From assembly GCA_965223665.1 (NCBI GenBank), contig OZ245011.1:4032001-4096000 (forward strand): a DNA stretch of 64,000 nucleotides. The letters are read 5' to 3'. Made by a program: the position numbers and the translations under genes. Positions within the stretch are counted from its first letter, which is position 1. Each line of letters begins with the position of its first letter. This document shows, in pieces, positions 1 to 9,758 of the stretch. The notes beneath the pieces are model-generated. The model saw only the letters and a program-made list of their open reading frames with translations, was not told where the DNA came from and did no database searches. This DNA is from Nitrospinaceae bacterium. GTDB lineage: Bacteria; Nitrospinota; Nitrospinia; Nitrospinales; Nitrospinaceae.

Positions 1-20
1 TGGAAATCTAGGAGTATTGG

Positions 21-995
21 ATGAATAAATTAAAGACTTTGTTTCACCCAATTTTCGTATTTGTGGGGGTTCAAATTGCTTGGATTGTTTTAATGGCCGT
101 TTGGATCAATTGGTATTTAAAAAACCGCCAGGAATTAAAAGAATTCGCTCAAAAATTTCAGCCGGACTTATTCTCTCCCGATCTGAATTGGGTCGTTTTG
201 CTGGAGGGGTGTGTTTTGATGATGATTATATTGGCCGGCGTTTTGTTGATATTTGTTTTTTGGAATAAACAAGCTAGATTAAACCGAATGCAAAGTAACT
301 TTGTTTCTAGCGTTTCTCATGAGTTGAAATCTCCTTTAGCTTCTATCCAGCTTTATTTAGAAACAATGAAATATCAAAAATTGTCACCAGAGGAAACCAA
401 GGATTTTGTAGAAACCATGCTTATGGATACGGAAAGATTATCTAACCTAATTGATAATATTCTTGAAGCCAGTAGTTCGGAACCTAAAAGTATGCAATTA
501 CAGATTAAATCTGTTCCAATCAAACCATTTTTGGAAGAGGTCATTGAAAGTTTTCAACGCCAATTTCAAGAAAAGAATTTTAAGACAAAGTTGGATTTTA
601 TGGATACCCCAACCCTTCAAATGGATAAACGAGCGATTCGCATGGTTTTTAATAATTTAATTAGTAATGCCTTGAGATATTCTCCCTCAGGTTCTCAATT
701 TGATGTTCGAATAAAAAATCGAAAAAAGTACTGTGATATCGAATTTGTTGATTCGGGTTTTGGGTTAAGTGATAAGGATCAAAAAAAAGTTTTTCGAAAG
801 TTTTATAGAGTACAAAATCGGGAAACTCAAAATATTGAGGGTGCTGGTTTAGGTTTGTTCATTTCAAAAGAGATCATAAAAAATCACAAGGGAAAAATAA
901 GTGTGACCAGTGCCGGTAGGAATAAGGGGTCTAATTTTAAAGTATCACTTCCTTTAAATGGTGCAGGTGTAGAAAAGATTATTAATATTACCTAA
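21..995 (+). CDS. Two-component sensor histidine kinase (HisKA + HATPase_c)
   Basis: Two N-terminal TM segments, H-box SHELKSPL, N-box NLISNALRYS, D-x-G-x-G (DSGFG), G2 box GAGLGL. Confidence 0.95.
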   Translation: MNKLKTLFHPIFVFVGVQIAWIVLMAVWINWYLKNRQELKEFAQKFQPDLFSPDLNWVVLLEGCVLMMIILAGVLLIFVFWNKQARLNRMQSNFVSSVSHELKSPLASIQLYLETMKYQKLSPEETKDFVETMLMDTERLSNLIDNILEASSSEPKSMQLQIKSVPIKPFLEEVIESFQRQFQEKNFKTKLDFMDTPTLQMDKRAIRMVFNNLISNALRYSPSGSQFDVRIKNRKKYCDIEFVDSGFGLSDKDQKKVFRKFYRVQNRETQNIEGAGLGLFISKEIIKNHKGKISVTSAGRNKGSNFKVSLPLNGAGVEKIINIT

Positions 996-1011
996 TTATA
1001 AAAGTTTATTA

Positions 1012-1728
1012 ATGACTGAAAAATATCGAATTTTACTGGTTGAAGATGAAAAAAATCTTGCGAAGGGATTGACTTTTAATTTGCAACGGGAAGGTTATGA
1101 AGTTTCGGTTGCTGAAGATGGCGCTCGAGCTTTAGAGTTTTTGGAAGAGAGTAATTTTGACATGATGATTTTAGATTTAATGCTCCCCAAGGTAAGCGGC
1201 ATGGAAGTAATTAAAGATATCAGAAAAAACAATTCCCGATTTCCAATTCTAATGTTAACGGCAAAATCTAATGATGAGGACAGAACCCAAGGTTTAGAGG
1301 CAGGTGCTGATGACTATTTGACGAAGCCATTTCATTTACCGGAATTGCTTCTAAGAATAAAAGGAATCCTCAGGAGAAAAGAATGGTATCAGGAGCCCAT
1401 TACGAATAAAGAAAAATTTCGCTTTGGAGATTGTTGGATTGATTTTGAAACAGGAAAAGCAAAGGGTTGTGATAGTGAGTTTTTTTTGACGTCCAAAGAA
1501 GAAATGGTAATGAATTTATTGATATCGAATCGAGGAAAGGTTGTCACTCGGGAAGACCTTTTAGAAAAGGTGTGGGGGTATAGCCCTGATATGGAAACTC
1601 GGACAGTTGATAATTTTATAGCCCGTTTGAGAAAATATTTTGAAAGAAAGCCGCAAAAACCCAAGTATATTTTAACCTTACGAGAAAAGGGGTATCAATT
1701 TGTAGACCCAGATAACAAGATTAAATAA
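1012..1728 (+). CDS. OmpR/PhoB-family response regulator
   Basis: Receiver domain (LLVEDE, LDLMLP, GADDYLTKPF) plus winged helix (VWGY..TRTVDNFIARLRK); adjacent to the kinase. Confidence 0.95.
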   Translation: MTEKYRILLVEDEKNLAKGLTFNLQREGYEVSVAEDGARALEFLEESNFDMMILDLMLPKVSGMEVIKDIRKNNSRFPILMLTAKSNDEDRTQGLEAGADDYLTKPFHLPELLLRIKGILRRKEWYQEPITNKEKFRFGDCWIDFETGKAKGCDSEFFLTSKEEMVMNLLISNRGKVVTREDLLEKVWGYSPDMETRTVDNFIARLRKYFERKPQKPKYILTLREKGYQFVDPDNKIK

Positions 1729-1826
1729 TAATGAGGAGAAATAATTTTATTAATTGCTAGAAAAATCCGAGTCGTTTGAAATATTCTGATCTGCAAGTTT
1801 TTATTCGGATTTTAATACAGGAGCAA

Positions 1827-2045
1827 GTGTATCGAATGGAACAAAAAATTGAAAAGCTAATTGTTGCTTTAATGGTTTTAATAGATAAAAATGGTGGCGA
1901 GTATAAACTAGATGCAAAAGTATATAAAGAAATGTTTGCTAAAAGACATAAGAAAGGCATCCATGTTCAGGAAATTGGTGATGAGGCCATTGTTCTGAAA
2001 TTAGGTGATATGACTATGAGTCCTGACGATGCGATGATGAATTAA
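1827..2045 (+). CDS. Small hypothetical protein
   Basis: ORF fills the gap between the regulator and gdhA; AGGAG precedes GTG at 1827; start uncertain (1776/1827/1836). Confidence 0.55.
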   Translation: MYRMEQKIEKLIVALMVLIDKNGGEYKLDAKVYKEMFAKRHKKGIHVQEIGDEAIVLKLGDMTMSPDDAMMN

Positions 2046-2052
2046 TTTTTAA

Positions 2053-3429
2053 ATGGAGCTAAGAGTTTTGAATACATCCAAAGTCCAACAAAACCAAATT
2101 GACTTAAGTGACTTTATGGAGGGCTTGATCCGTCGAAATCCAGGAGAGCAGGAATTTCACCAAGCGGTGCATGAAGTAGCAAAAAGTGTAGTCCCCTTTA
2201 TCAATGAAAATCCTAAATATATACGCTCACGTATTTTAGAAAGAATGACTGAGCCGGATCGCCTGATAATTTTTCGTGTGTGCTGGGAAGATGATGAAGG
2301 AAATATTCGTGTGAATCGTGGATATCGTGTTCAGTTTAATAATGCTATTGGTCCCTATAAAGGAGGATTAAGGTTTCATCCCTCGGTCAATTTAAGTATC
2401 CTAAAATTTTTAGGGTTTGAACAAACTTTTAAGAATAGCCTAACCACATTGCCAATGGGTGCGGGGAAGGGAGGAGCAGACTTTAATCCAAAAGGAAAAT
2501 CGGAAAGAGAAGTTATGCGGTTCTGCCAAGCTTACATGACAGAACTCAGTAAATATATAGGTGAAAACATTGATGTTCCTGCAGGAGACATTGGGGTGGG
2601 TACGCGGGAAATTAGTTTTATGTTTGGACAATATAAACATTTGTGTAGTGAGTTTATTGGTGTGTTAACTGGCAAAGCATTGGAATTTGGCGGAAGCCAT
2701 ATTCGAAAAGAAGCAACGGGTTATGGTTGTGCCTATTTTATGGAAGAAATGTTGAAAAGAAAAGGTGATTCTGTTGAAGGCAAATCATGTGTGATCTCTG
2801 GTTCAGGTAATGTGGCTATGTACACGGCGGAGAAACTTTTGAGGCTTGGAGCCAAAGTAATTACAATGTCCGATTCTTCTGGCTTTGTTTATGATGCGGA
2901 TGGGCTTAATGAAGAAAAATTAGCCTTCATTATCGAATTAAAAACTTTTCGACGAGGTCGAATTAAAGAATATGCAGAAAAATTTAAATGCGATTATTAT
3001 CCTGATCATGAGCCCTGGGGTGTAGCTTGTGATCTAGCTTTTCCATGTGCAACACAAAATGAAATTACGGTTCAAAAAGCAAAAGCGTTAATAAAGGGGG
3101 GCTGTAAGGCTGTTGCTGAGGGGGCAAATATGCCAACAGAAAATGATGCCATCCAAATTTTCCAGGACGCCAAAATCCTTTTTGCCCCAGGTAAAGCCTC
3201 TAACGCAGGAGGGGTCGCTGTTTCAGGTTTAGAAATGACGCAAAATAGTATTCGCATGGCATGGACTGAGGAAGAATTGGACAAGCGCCTTAGAGAAATC
3301 ATTCAAAAAATTCACCAACAGTGCGTAAATTTTGGGACCATAGGTGATTTTGTGAACTATGTGGATGGCGCGAACTTAGCCGGTTTTAAAAAAGTTGCAG
3401 ATGCCATGCTTGCTTATGGAGTTATTTAA
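2053..3429 (+). CDS. gdhA: NADP-specific glutamate dehydrogenase
   Basis: GPYKGGLRFHPSVN, GKGGADF, DVPAGDIGVG, GSGNVA, EGANMP motifs. Confidence 0.96.
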   Translation: MELRVLNTSKVQQNQIDLSDFMEGLIRRNPGEQEFHQAVHEVAKSVVPFINENPKYIRSRILERMTEPDRLIIFRVCWEDDEGNIRVNRGYRVQFNNAIGPYKGGLRFHPSVNLSILKFLGFEQTFKNSLTTLPMGAGKGGADFNPKGKSEREVMRFCQAYMTELSKYIGENIDVPAGDIGVGTREISFMFGQYKHLCSEFIGVLTGKALEFGGSHIRKEATGYGCAYFMEEMLKRKGDSVEGKSCVISGSGNVAMYTAEKLLRLGAKVITMSDSSGFVYDADGLNEEKLAFIIELKTFRRGRIKEYAEKFKCDYYPDHEPWGVACDLAFPCATQNEITVQKAKALIKGGCKAVAEGANMPTENDAIQIFQDAKILFAPGKASNAGGVAVSGLEMTQNSIRMAWTEEELDKRLREIIQKIHQQCVNFGTIGDFVNYVDGANLAGFKKVADAMLAYGVI

Positions 3430-3456
3430 TTTTACAATAGCTTCATTTGCTCGCCA

Positions 3457-4845
3457 ATGAACTTTAAATCTGTCCTTATTTTTATATACATTTTATTTTC
3501 GGCTCCTCTGTCTGCCTTTGGGAATGATTTTCCAAAGTTTAATCAATCGCGATATTTAGAAGATTATTCCTACCTAAAAGATCCTTCTCGGCGAACTCAG
3601 TTTTATGATCCTATTAAATTCATACCATTGAATGAAGAGGGAGATATTTTTATCTCCTTTGGCGGTGAAACAAGACAGCACTATGAAAATATAAGAAATG
3701 AAAATTGGGGAGCCATCCCAAGAGATAACAATGGGTGGTATTTGCAAAGATACTTGTTCCACAGCGATTTACATATTGGAAAACAGTTTAGAGGATTTTT
3801 CCAAATACAGGCTGGAACTGAGTCGGGGCGTCGAGGTGGACCGCGGGGTGTGGATGAAGACCGTATGGATATTCATCAATTGTTTGTGGATTGGGTCATT
3901 AAATTTCAGGAAAAAATAACTTTAAGAATAGGGCGACAGGAAATAATATTCGGTGCTAGAAGATTTTTAAACTATAGAGAAAGACCTAACCTTAGATTGA
4001 GTCACGATGCGATCCAATTATTTTGGAATCCGGGTAATCTAAATGTTACGGGTTTTTTAGGTAGGCCCGTTCGAATAAATCGACAATTTTTTGATAATAG
4101 TTCTACCAATGCATTCACATTTTGGGGGATTTATACTGTCGTTGCCGTTTCCTCAACCTTTCCACAAAATGTTGACTTTTATTATATAGGATTGAATAGA
4201 GAACAAGCCGTTTTTGATCAAGGAAGGGCAAATGAACTTCGACAAACAATAGGTACTCGGATTTGGGGTCGCTGGGGCTCGTGGGATTATGATTTTGAAT
4301 TAGTGTATCAATTTGGATCCTTTGGCAATGGGAATATTAGTGCCTGGGCCGTGGTTTCGGATACGGGTTATACTCTTCAATTGGAGGGCGTTTCCAAAAT
4401 AAGATTTAGTTTGCGAGCGGACGCATATAGCGGTGATGACGATCCGAACGATGCTGACCTAAATGCATTTAATCCGTTTTTTCCAAAGGGAAAACATATT
4501 AGCCAATTATCCGCGGCAGGATTGATCAATCAGTATAATCTGCACCCGCGGACAACTGTTGTTTTTAATCAGACTTGGTCTGCAACGGCAAGTGTATTAT
4601 TTATTTGGAGACAAAATACGCGTGACGGATTGTATTCTATTGCAAATGGGTTATTGCGAACAGGTCAATTAAGTAGATCAAGTTTTGTGGGAACGCAACA
4701 TGAAGTTGAAGTGAAGTGGACTATTAATCGATATTTAGATATTAAGGGAATTTTTAATTTTTTTGATGCTAGTTCTTTTTTAAAGGAAACCCCACCAGGA
4801 AACGATATTACTTATTTGGGAACCATGTTGACTTTCCGTTTTTAA
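3457..4845 (+). CDS. Alginate export (AlgE-like) outer-membrane beta-barrel protein
   Basis: Signal peptide; RIGRQE, SGDDDP..D..FNPFFP motifs; C-terminal Phe. Confidence 0.85.
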   Translation: MNFKSVLIFIYILFSAPLSAFGNDFPKFNQSRYLEDYSYLKDPSRRTQFYDPIKFIPLNEEGDIFISFGGETRQHYENIRNENWGAIPRDNNGWYLQRYLFHSDLHIGKQFRGFFQIQAGTESGRRGGPRGVDEDRMDIHQLFVDWVIKFQEKITLRIGRQEIIFGARRFLNYRERPNLRLSHDAIQLFWNPGNLNVTGFLGRPVRINRQFFDNSSTNAFTFWGIYTVVAVSSTFPQNVDFYYIGLNREQAVFDQGRANELRQTIGTRIWGRWGSWDYDFELVYQFGSFGNGNISAWAVVSDTGYTLQLEGVSKIRFSLRADAYSGDDDPNDADLNAFNPFFPKGKHISQLSAAGLINQYNLHPRTTVVFNQTWSATASVLFIWRQNTRDGLYSIANGLLRTGQLSRSSFVGTQHEVEVKWTINRYLDIKGIFNFFDASSFLKETPPGNDITYLGTMLTFRF

Positions 4846-4881
4846 AACTAAATCTCGGAATGTATTTCAGGTAGAATTTAT

Positions 4882-5226
4882 TTAACCTTTTCTTTCATTT
4901 CCTTTAAATAAAATTATTTTAACTTTTTCTTCAGTAATTAAACCTTCTTGAATAATATCTTCCAGTTTGGGTTTCAACTGATCAATTTTTTCTTTTGTGT
5001 CTGCTACTTCCACCACGATTGGAAGATCGGTCGATAGCCGCAAAATTGATGTGGTGTGATAATGGCTGCTTTTTCCAAAGCCATCAATGCCCCTTAAAAC
5101 AGTGGCCCCTGCTAATCCCTCTTTCTTGAAAAACTCCATTAAAAATTTATAAAGATGTTTGCCTTCATGCATGGCTGATTCACCAATAAATATTCTTAAC
5201 AATATCGCCTCAGATTCCTTTTTCAT
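4882..5226 (-). CDS. DUF190 domain protein (PII-like, CrcB-associated)
   Basis: LRIFIGE, GLAGATVLRGIDGFG, LSTDLPIVVE; directly downstream of crcB; GAGG before ATG at 5226. Confidence 0.92.
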   Translation of the reverse strand: MKKESEAILLRIFIGESAMHEGKHLYKFLMEFFKKEGLAGATVLRGIDGFGKSSHYHTTSILRLSTDLPIVVEVADTKEKIDQLKPKLEDIIQEGLITEEKVKIILFKGNERKG

Positions 5227-5236
5227 GTCAATAACC

Positions 5237-5608
5237 TCAAGCTGAAAGAGCAATGATTTTTCCAAAATAAATGGCTAATAGAGTCAGTAAAATGGACCCT
5301 ATAATATTAATTCCAAATAAAAATAATTCTTGTTGTTCAAAAAGTTTGAAGGATTCGTAACTAAAGGTAGACATTGTAGTGAAGGATCCTAATACACCGA
5401 TTGTGATAAAAATTCGAGTTTCCTCATTAAACAATCCTTTGAATTCTGAAAGATACATAACTATGCTTAATAGCAGACTTCCAATGAAATTAACCCCTAA
5501 AGTTCCTAAGGGAAATGTGAGAAATCCACTTTGGATCCATCCGCTTAAATAATACCGCATTATTGCACCGAGAAAGCCACCTGTGCCCACCAGGACCCAA
5601 GGAATCAT
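5237..5608 (-). CDS. crcB: Fluoride efflux channel CrcB/Fluc
   Basis: GGFLGAIMRY, FPLGTLGVNFIGS, GVLGSFTTMSTF motifs; 4 TM. Confidence 0.96.
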   Translation of the reverse strand: MIPWVLVGTGGFLGAIMRYYLSGWIQSGFLTFPLGTLGVNFIGSLLLSIVMYLSEFKGLFNEETRIFITIGVLGSFTTMSTFSYESFKLFEQQELFLFGINIIGSILLTLLAIYFGKIIALSA

Positions 5609-5670
5609 TGTTTGCCTCCTGAGGTTGAATGTTTAATCTTAGAAATAAAATGAAGTTGAGTTAAAATATT

Positions 5671-6636
5671 TTAAGAAAAAATTTGTGTTCCTTTTTTTCC
5701 TTCAATAGCTTCGAAAAGATGATCTAAATGCGCAATAATGGCACGTTTTCCCCCGTTTCTCAAAAATTCAAGTGCCGCTTGTACTTTCGGTTTCATGCTT
5801 CCTTCCGAAAAATGTCCTTCTTCAAGCCACTGGGCTATTTCTTTTGTAGTCGCTTTCAAAATAGGTTTTTTGTGTGGAGAATGAAAATCCAAATATGCGA
5901 ACTCAACCTGGGTCAAAATGACGAGATATTCAATTCCTATTGTATTGGCTAAAAGTGCGCTTGTTAAATCTTTATCTATAACGGCCTCTACTCCTTCAAG
6001 AGTTCCATTTTCATTTCTAATGACGGGGATTCCACCACCACCAGCGCCTATAACTATAAAGCCCTTTTTCAGTAAATGAGTGAAAATTTCTTTTTCTATT
6101 ATTTCAAGAGGTTTGGGAGAGGGGACTACTCTGCGAAAGCCCCTTCCTGAATCTTCTTTTATAATCCAACCTCTATCCTGGGCCAGTTGGTCTGCTTCTC
6201 TCTTAGAATAAAACACACCGATTGGTTTAGAGGGATTTTGAAAGGCTGGATCGTTAGCATCTACCCTGACCTGTGTGATGACTGAAAAAGATCGTTTATT
6301 GATTCCATTTTGTAGACAGGCATTGTCAAAAACATTTTGTAAAATGTACCCAATTCTTCCCTGACTGTCTGCGACGCAAATATCTAATGTAATCTTGCGG
6401 GGGAATTCATTGGCAGTTAATTCCTGTTGAAGAAATATTTGTCCAACTTGAGGACCATTGCCATGAGTTAGAACAATTTTAGAATAGTTACTTTTAATTA
6501 AAGGGATAATTTGCTCAAAGGACTTTTGAGCAATTAAAAACTCTTCTTTTTGATGGGCAGGAGAATGTCCTGGGACGTTTAAAGCGTTCCCCCCAAAAGC
6601 AATCAGGAGGCTTGGTTTATTTGATTGAGAGATCAA
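5671..6636 (-). CDS. arcC: Carbamate kinase
   Basis: AFGGNAL, THGNGPQVG, RRVVPSPKP, GGGGIPV, EAVIDKD, GSMKPKV. Confidence 0.96.
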   Translation of the reverse strand: MISQSNKPSLLIAFGGNALNVPGHSPAHQKEEFLIAQKSFEQIIPLIKSNYSKIVLTHGNGPQVGQIFLQQELTANEFPRKITLDICVADSQGRIGYILQNVFDNACLQNGINKRSFSVITQVRVDANDPAFQNPSKPIGVFYSKREADQLAQDRGWIIKEDSGRGFRRVVPSPKPLEIIEKEIFTHLLKKGFIVIGAGGGGIPVIRNENGTLEGVEAVIDKDLTSALLANTIGIEYLVILTQVEFAYLDFHSPHKKPILKATTKEIAQWLEEGHFSEGSMKPKVQAALEFLRNGGKRAIIAHLDHLFEAIEGKKGTQIFS

Positions 6637-6645
6637 AATAAAAAA

Positions 6646-7971
6646 CTAATTTAAAGAGTTTAAAAATTTTGTTAAAACAGTTTCCAAATTTGGGGTTCCT
6701 ATTTCTTGTAATTCATAATGGACACGTAAAGAGGGCTGGTTGATTTTTATGATTCGCGATAAATCAATGGGTGTTGCAATTAATACCAGTTCACAGTCTG
6801 TTGCGTTAATAGTTCCTTCTAGATCTTTAATCTGTTCTTCACTATAACCCATGGCGGGGACCAAGCCACTAATATGTGGGTACTTTTCAAAAGTAGATTT
6901 GATTGATTTAAGAGCCACCGGTTTTGGATCTATTATTTCTTTAGCTCCAAATTTTTGAGCGGCTATAATTCCTGCTCCAAATTTCATTTCTCCATGAGTC
7001 AAAGTTGGCCCGTCCTCAATGACTAACACCCGCTTGTTTTTTATCTGATCAGAATTCTCTGTATAAATTGGTGAAGTGGCTTCAATTACTATTGCCCCCG
7101 GATTGTTTTGGTTTATAGAATTTTTTACTGTTTGAATATCTTGATTTTTAGCAGTATCCATTTTATTTATAATAATGACATCGGCGCGGTTTAAGTTGAT
7201 TTCACCCGGGAAGTAATTTAATTCATGTCCTGGTCGAAGAGGATCTGTGACAACTATTTCTAAATCTGATTGATAAAAAGGGAAATCATTATTTCCCCCG
7301 TCCCATAGAATTATATCTGCCTCGCTTTCTGCTTCTTTTAAAATGGCTCCATAATCTACACCTGCATAAACAACTCCCTTTAAATTAATATAGGGTTCAT
7401 ATTCTTCCATTTCTTCAATGGTACATTCGAACTTTTTGAAATCATCTAAGGAAGCAAACCTTTGGGTAGCCTGTTTTTGTAAATTTCCGTAAGGCATAGC
7501 ATGACGAATGGCTATAACATTATGCCCCCAGTTTTTCAGGATCTTCATTATTTTTCTAGAGGTTTGGGACTTCCCGCATCCAGTGCGGGTTGCACAAACC
7601 GATATGACAGGTTTTTTGGAACGCAGCATGGTAGTTTTTGGTCCCATTAACCAGAAATCGGTTCCCAATCCCATTACAAATGAGGCTTTATTCATCAAAC
7701 TCTTATAAGAAATATCGCTGTATGCAAATACAACTTTATCTACCTGGTATTTTTTTATGAGGTTTGATAAATCCGTTTCAAAGTGAATAGGTATTCCATT
7801 TGGATAATTCTCACCCGCTAAACTGGGTGGATATATTTTTTCTTCTATTCCGGGAATTTGTGCTGCTGTAAAGGCCACCACTTCATAGTTTGAATTGTCT
7901 CTGAAAAAGACATTGAAATTATGGAAGTCGCGCCCGGCAGCACCCATAATAATTACTTTGGTTGGTGACAT
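6646..7971 (-). CDS. COG2403 P-loop protein (often annotated cyclic 2,3-diphosphoglycerate synthetase/GTPase); probable arginine synthetase (ArcE-like)
   Basis: MGAAGRDFHNFN, RTGCGKSQ P-loop, CTIEEMEEYEP, WDGGNND, EDGPTLTHG; immediately upstream of carbamate kinase. Confidence 0.85.
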   Translation of the reverse strand: MSPTKVIIMGAAGRDFHNFNVFFRDNSNYEVVAFTAAQIPGIEEKIYPPSLAGENYPNGIPIHFETDLSNLIKKYQVDKVVFAYSDISYKSLMNKASFVMGLGTDFWLMGPKTTMLRSKKPVISVCATRTGCGKSQTSRKIMKILKNWGHNVIAIRHAMPYGNLQKQATQRFASLDDFKKFECTIEEMEEYEPYINLKGVVYAGVDYGAILKEAESEADIILWDGGNNDFPFYQSDLEIVVTDPLRPGHELNYFPGEINLNRADVIIINKMDTAKNQDIQTVKNSINQNNPGAIVIEATSPIYTENSDQIKNKRVLVIEDGPTLTHGEMKFGAGIIAAQKFGAKEIIDPKPVALKSIKSTFEKYPHISGLVPAMGYSEEQIKDLEGTINATDCELVLIATPIDLSRIIKINQPSLRVHYELQEIGTPNLETVLTKFLNSLN

Positions 7972-8081
7972 TTTGAGGGTACTTTAATTTTATTTTAAAA
8001 TTTAATTTTGATGGTTTCTAAAACAATTAATTTTGTCATTAATTTATAATAGAAGGAAAAAGAATGGAAGAAGAAATGAAA

Positions 8082-8888
8082 CTAGTTCAATTGATAGTTG
8101 TGAAAGGTGAATGTGTATTTGGAAAGTGGATTTCCATTTTTTTCAAGGGATAAAGTTATTTTGTTAGGAAGCCAGTAGTTATTAATTTTTTTATAATAGT
8201 ATTCAGCTTTTTCTTTAAACCTGTTTTTTTTGTAACTATATTTTGAGATCGACTCTGAAACTAGCCATTTGCCTTCTTTTTCTAAATATCGAAATTGACT
8301 TTTTACTTCAGAAGGGCCCTGTTTGGGTTTGAGTTGCATTTTTTCTACATTCCATTTTCTTTTATCAACCATTAAGTCATATCTTTGTATGGGAGTTTCA
8401 GAACTATTTGAAACAAAACGAATCAGAATTAAATTGTTTTTTTCCCGATTGGTTTTCTCAATATATTGATCCAAAGTTTGTTTAAGAGTACGCGGGAATA
8501 GTAATTCTTTAAACTGATAAAAAAGTTGAACCACTTCAAATTCTCTTTCGGAAGAATTATTGAATGGCGTCTTTAATATTTCAAAATCACGCAAATCTTT
8601 GGGATTATTGTTATACCATTTGAATTTGACTTTTGGGTTTTGCAAAAAATGATTAGAACCTTTTTCCAGATCCATTTGATCCCAATGAATTTCCACTGTG
8701 AATTTTTTAAGCCCCATATTCTGAGGGTAGTAATAATGATTGTCTAATTTTTGAATGAGACCTTGGGAGGAGTTTGAAAAGGCAGGACTATGAAATAGAA
8801 AGATGGTGAAAGTAAAAATACAAACTAAATGGAAAGCTCTAAACGAAAAACCGAGGAAATCAGAAATAGTAAATCGGGTTTTTCGCAT
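8082..8888 (-). CDS. Exported hypothetical protein (beta-rich, LolA/sorting-like fold possible)
   Basis: N-terminal signal peptide; co-oriented with a 3-nt gap after tlpA. Confidence 0.7.
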   Translation of the reverse strand: MRKTRFTISDFLGFSFRAFHLVCIFTFTIFLFHSPAFSNSSQGLIQKLDNHYYYPQNMGLKKFTVEIHWDQMDLEKGSNHFLQNPKVKFKWYNNNPKDLRDFEILKTPFNNSSEREFEVVQLFYQFKELLFPRTLKQTLDQYIEKTNREKNNLILIRFVSNSSETPIQRYDLMVDKRKWNVEKMQLKPKQGPSEVKSQFRYLEKEGKWLVSESISKYSYKKNRFKEKAEYYYKKINNYWLPNKITLSLEKNGNPLSKYTFTFHNYQLN

Positions 8889-8891
8889 AAT

Positions 8892-9467
8892 CTAGGGCAA
8901 AGCTTTTGCCTGTGTTTCAATGGTAGATAAGACCTCATAAAATTTATCGTTATCCCATTGTCTTGCACCGGAAATAAATCCGCGCAGCTTTCCCTGGCTA
9001 TCTATTAGGTAACTGGTGGGTAAACCCAAAATAAAATAGGAGCGCCTGACTTTTTGGTCGGGGTCTAAAAGGATCGGAAATGTTAAATTATACTCTTTAA
9101 CATATTTCTGCACCTTCTCCTGATTCCCGCGATCAATAGAAATAGCAACTACTTGAATGCCATGTTCTTTTGCAGTTTTATGGAGGCGCTCCATGGAGGG
9201 TAGTTCTTCTTTGCAAGCGCCGCACCAGGTGGCCCAAAAGTTTAAAAGTACAGGTTTCCCCTTAAATTTAGAAAGAGACACGTTAGTTCCGTTTAAGTCT
9301 TTTAATGTAAACTTAGGCGCATCCTTAATTCTTTGAGGTTTTGCAATTCCAAAACTTTCATAAGGATCTGATGAAAAGCTTATCTTTTCCTTTCCCATTC
9401 CCATTAAAAATAAAGAGAAACAAAATACTACTGATAATGTAAAAGTTTTTCGCATAATTTTCCTCAT
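8892..9467 (-). CDS. TlpA/ResA-family thiol-disulfide oxidoreductase
   Basis: LNFWATWCGACKEELP (CxxC), GLPTSYLID cis-Pro motif, N-terminal anchor. Confidence 0.93.
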   Translation of the reverse strand: MRKIMRKTFTLSVVFCFSLFLMGMGKEKISFSSDPYESFGIAKPQRIKDAPKFTLKDLNGTNVSLSKFKGKPVLLNFWATWCGACKEELPSMERLHKTAKEHGIQVVAISIDRGNQEKVQKYVKEYNLTFPILLDPDQKVRRSYFILGLPTSYLIDSQGKLRGFISGARQWDNDKFYEVLSTIETQAKALP

Positions 9468-9757
9468 CTTGCATTCCTATGTAAGTAACTTTGGATCATT
9501 TGCCTTTCTTGTTGTGAAAAAGAAATTCCACTGTTTTTCATATGACCTGCCATAATATTAAGGTAATGGTCCCACTCTGCTGCTGAATGCCTTGAAGGAT
9601 GTGGCCAACTATGACAAACAGTACATTTATTGATAAACATTTTTGCCTCAGCAGATTCAGGTTCTGGTACCCGGGGAGCGCTGGCACAAGCCAGCATCCC
9701 ACCAGATACCAAAGCAAGAACAATAAATTTAAAAACCCATAAAGCTTGTCTCCTCAT
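9464..9757 (-). CDS. Small monoheme c-type cytochrome lipoprotein
   Basis: Lipobox MLAC, CTVCH heme motif, candidate distal Met near the C-terminus. Confidence 0.8.
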   Translation of the reverse strand: MRRQALWVFKFIVLALVSGGMLACASAPRVPEPESAEAKMFINKCTVCHSWPHPSRHSAAEWDHYLNIMAGHMKNSGISFSQQERQMIQSYLHRNAR

Positions 9758-9758
9758 A

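Noticed and set aside
5609-5670. Fluoride riboswitch upstream of crcB
   Set aside because: No aptamer consensus; region is short and AT-rich
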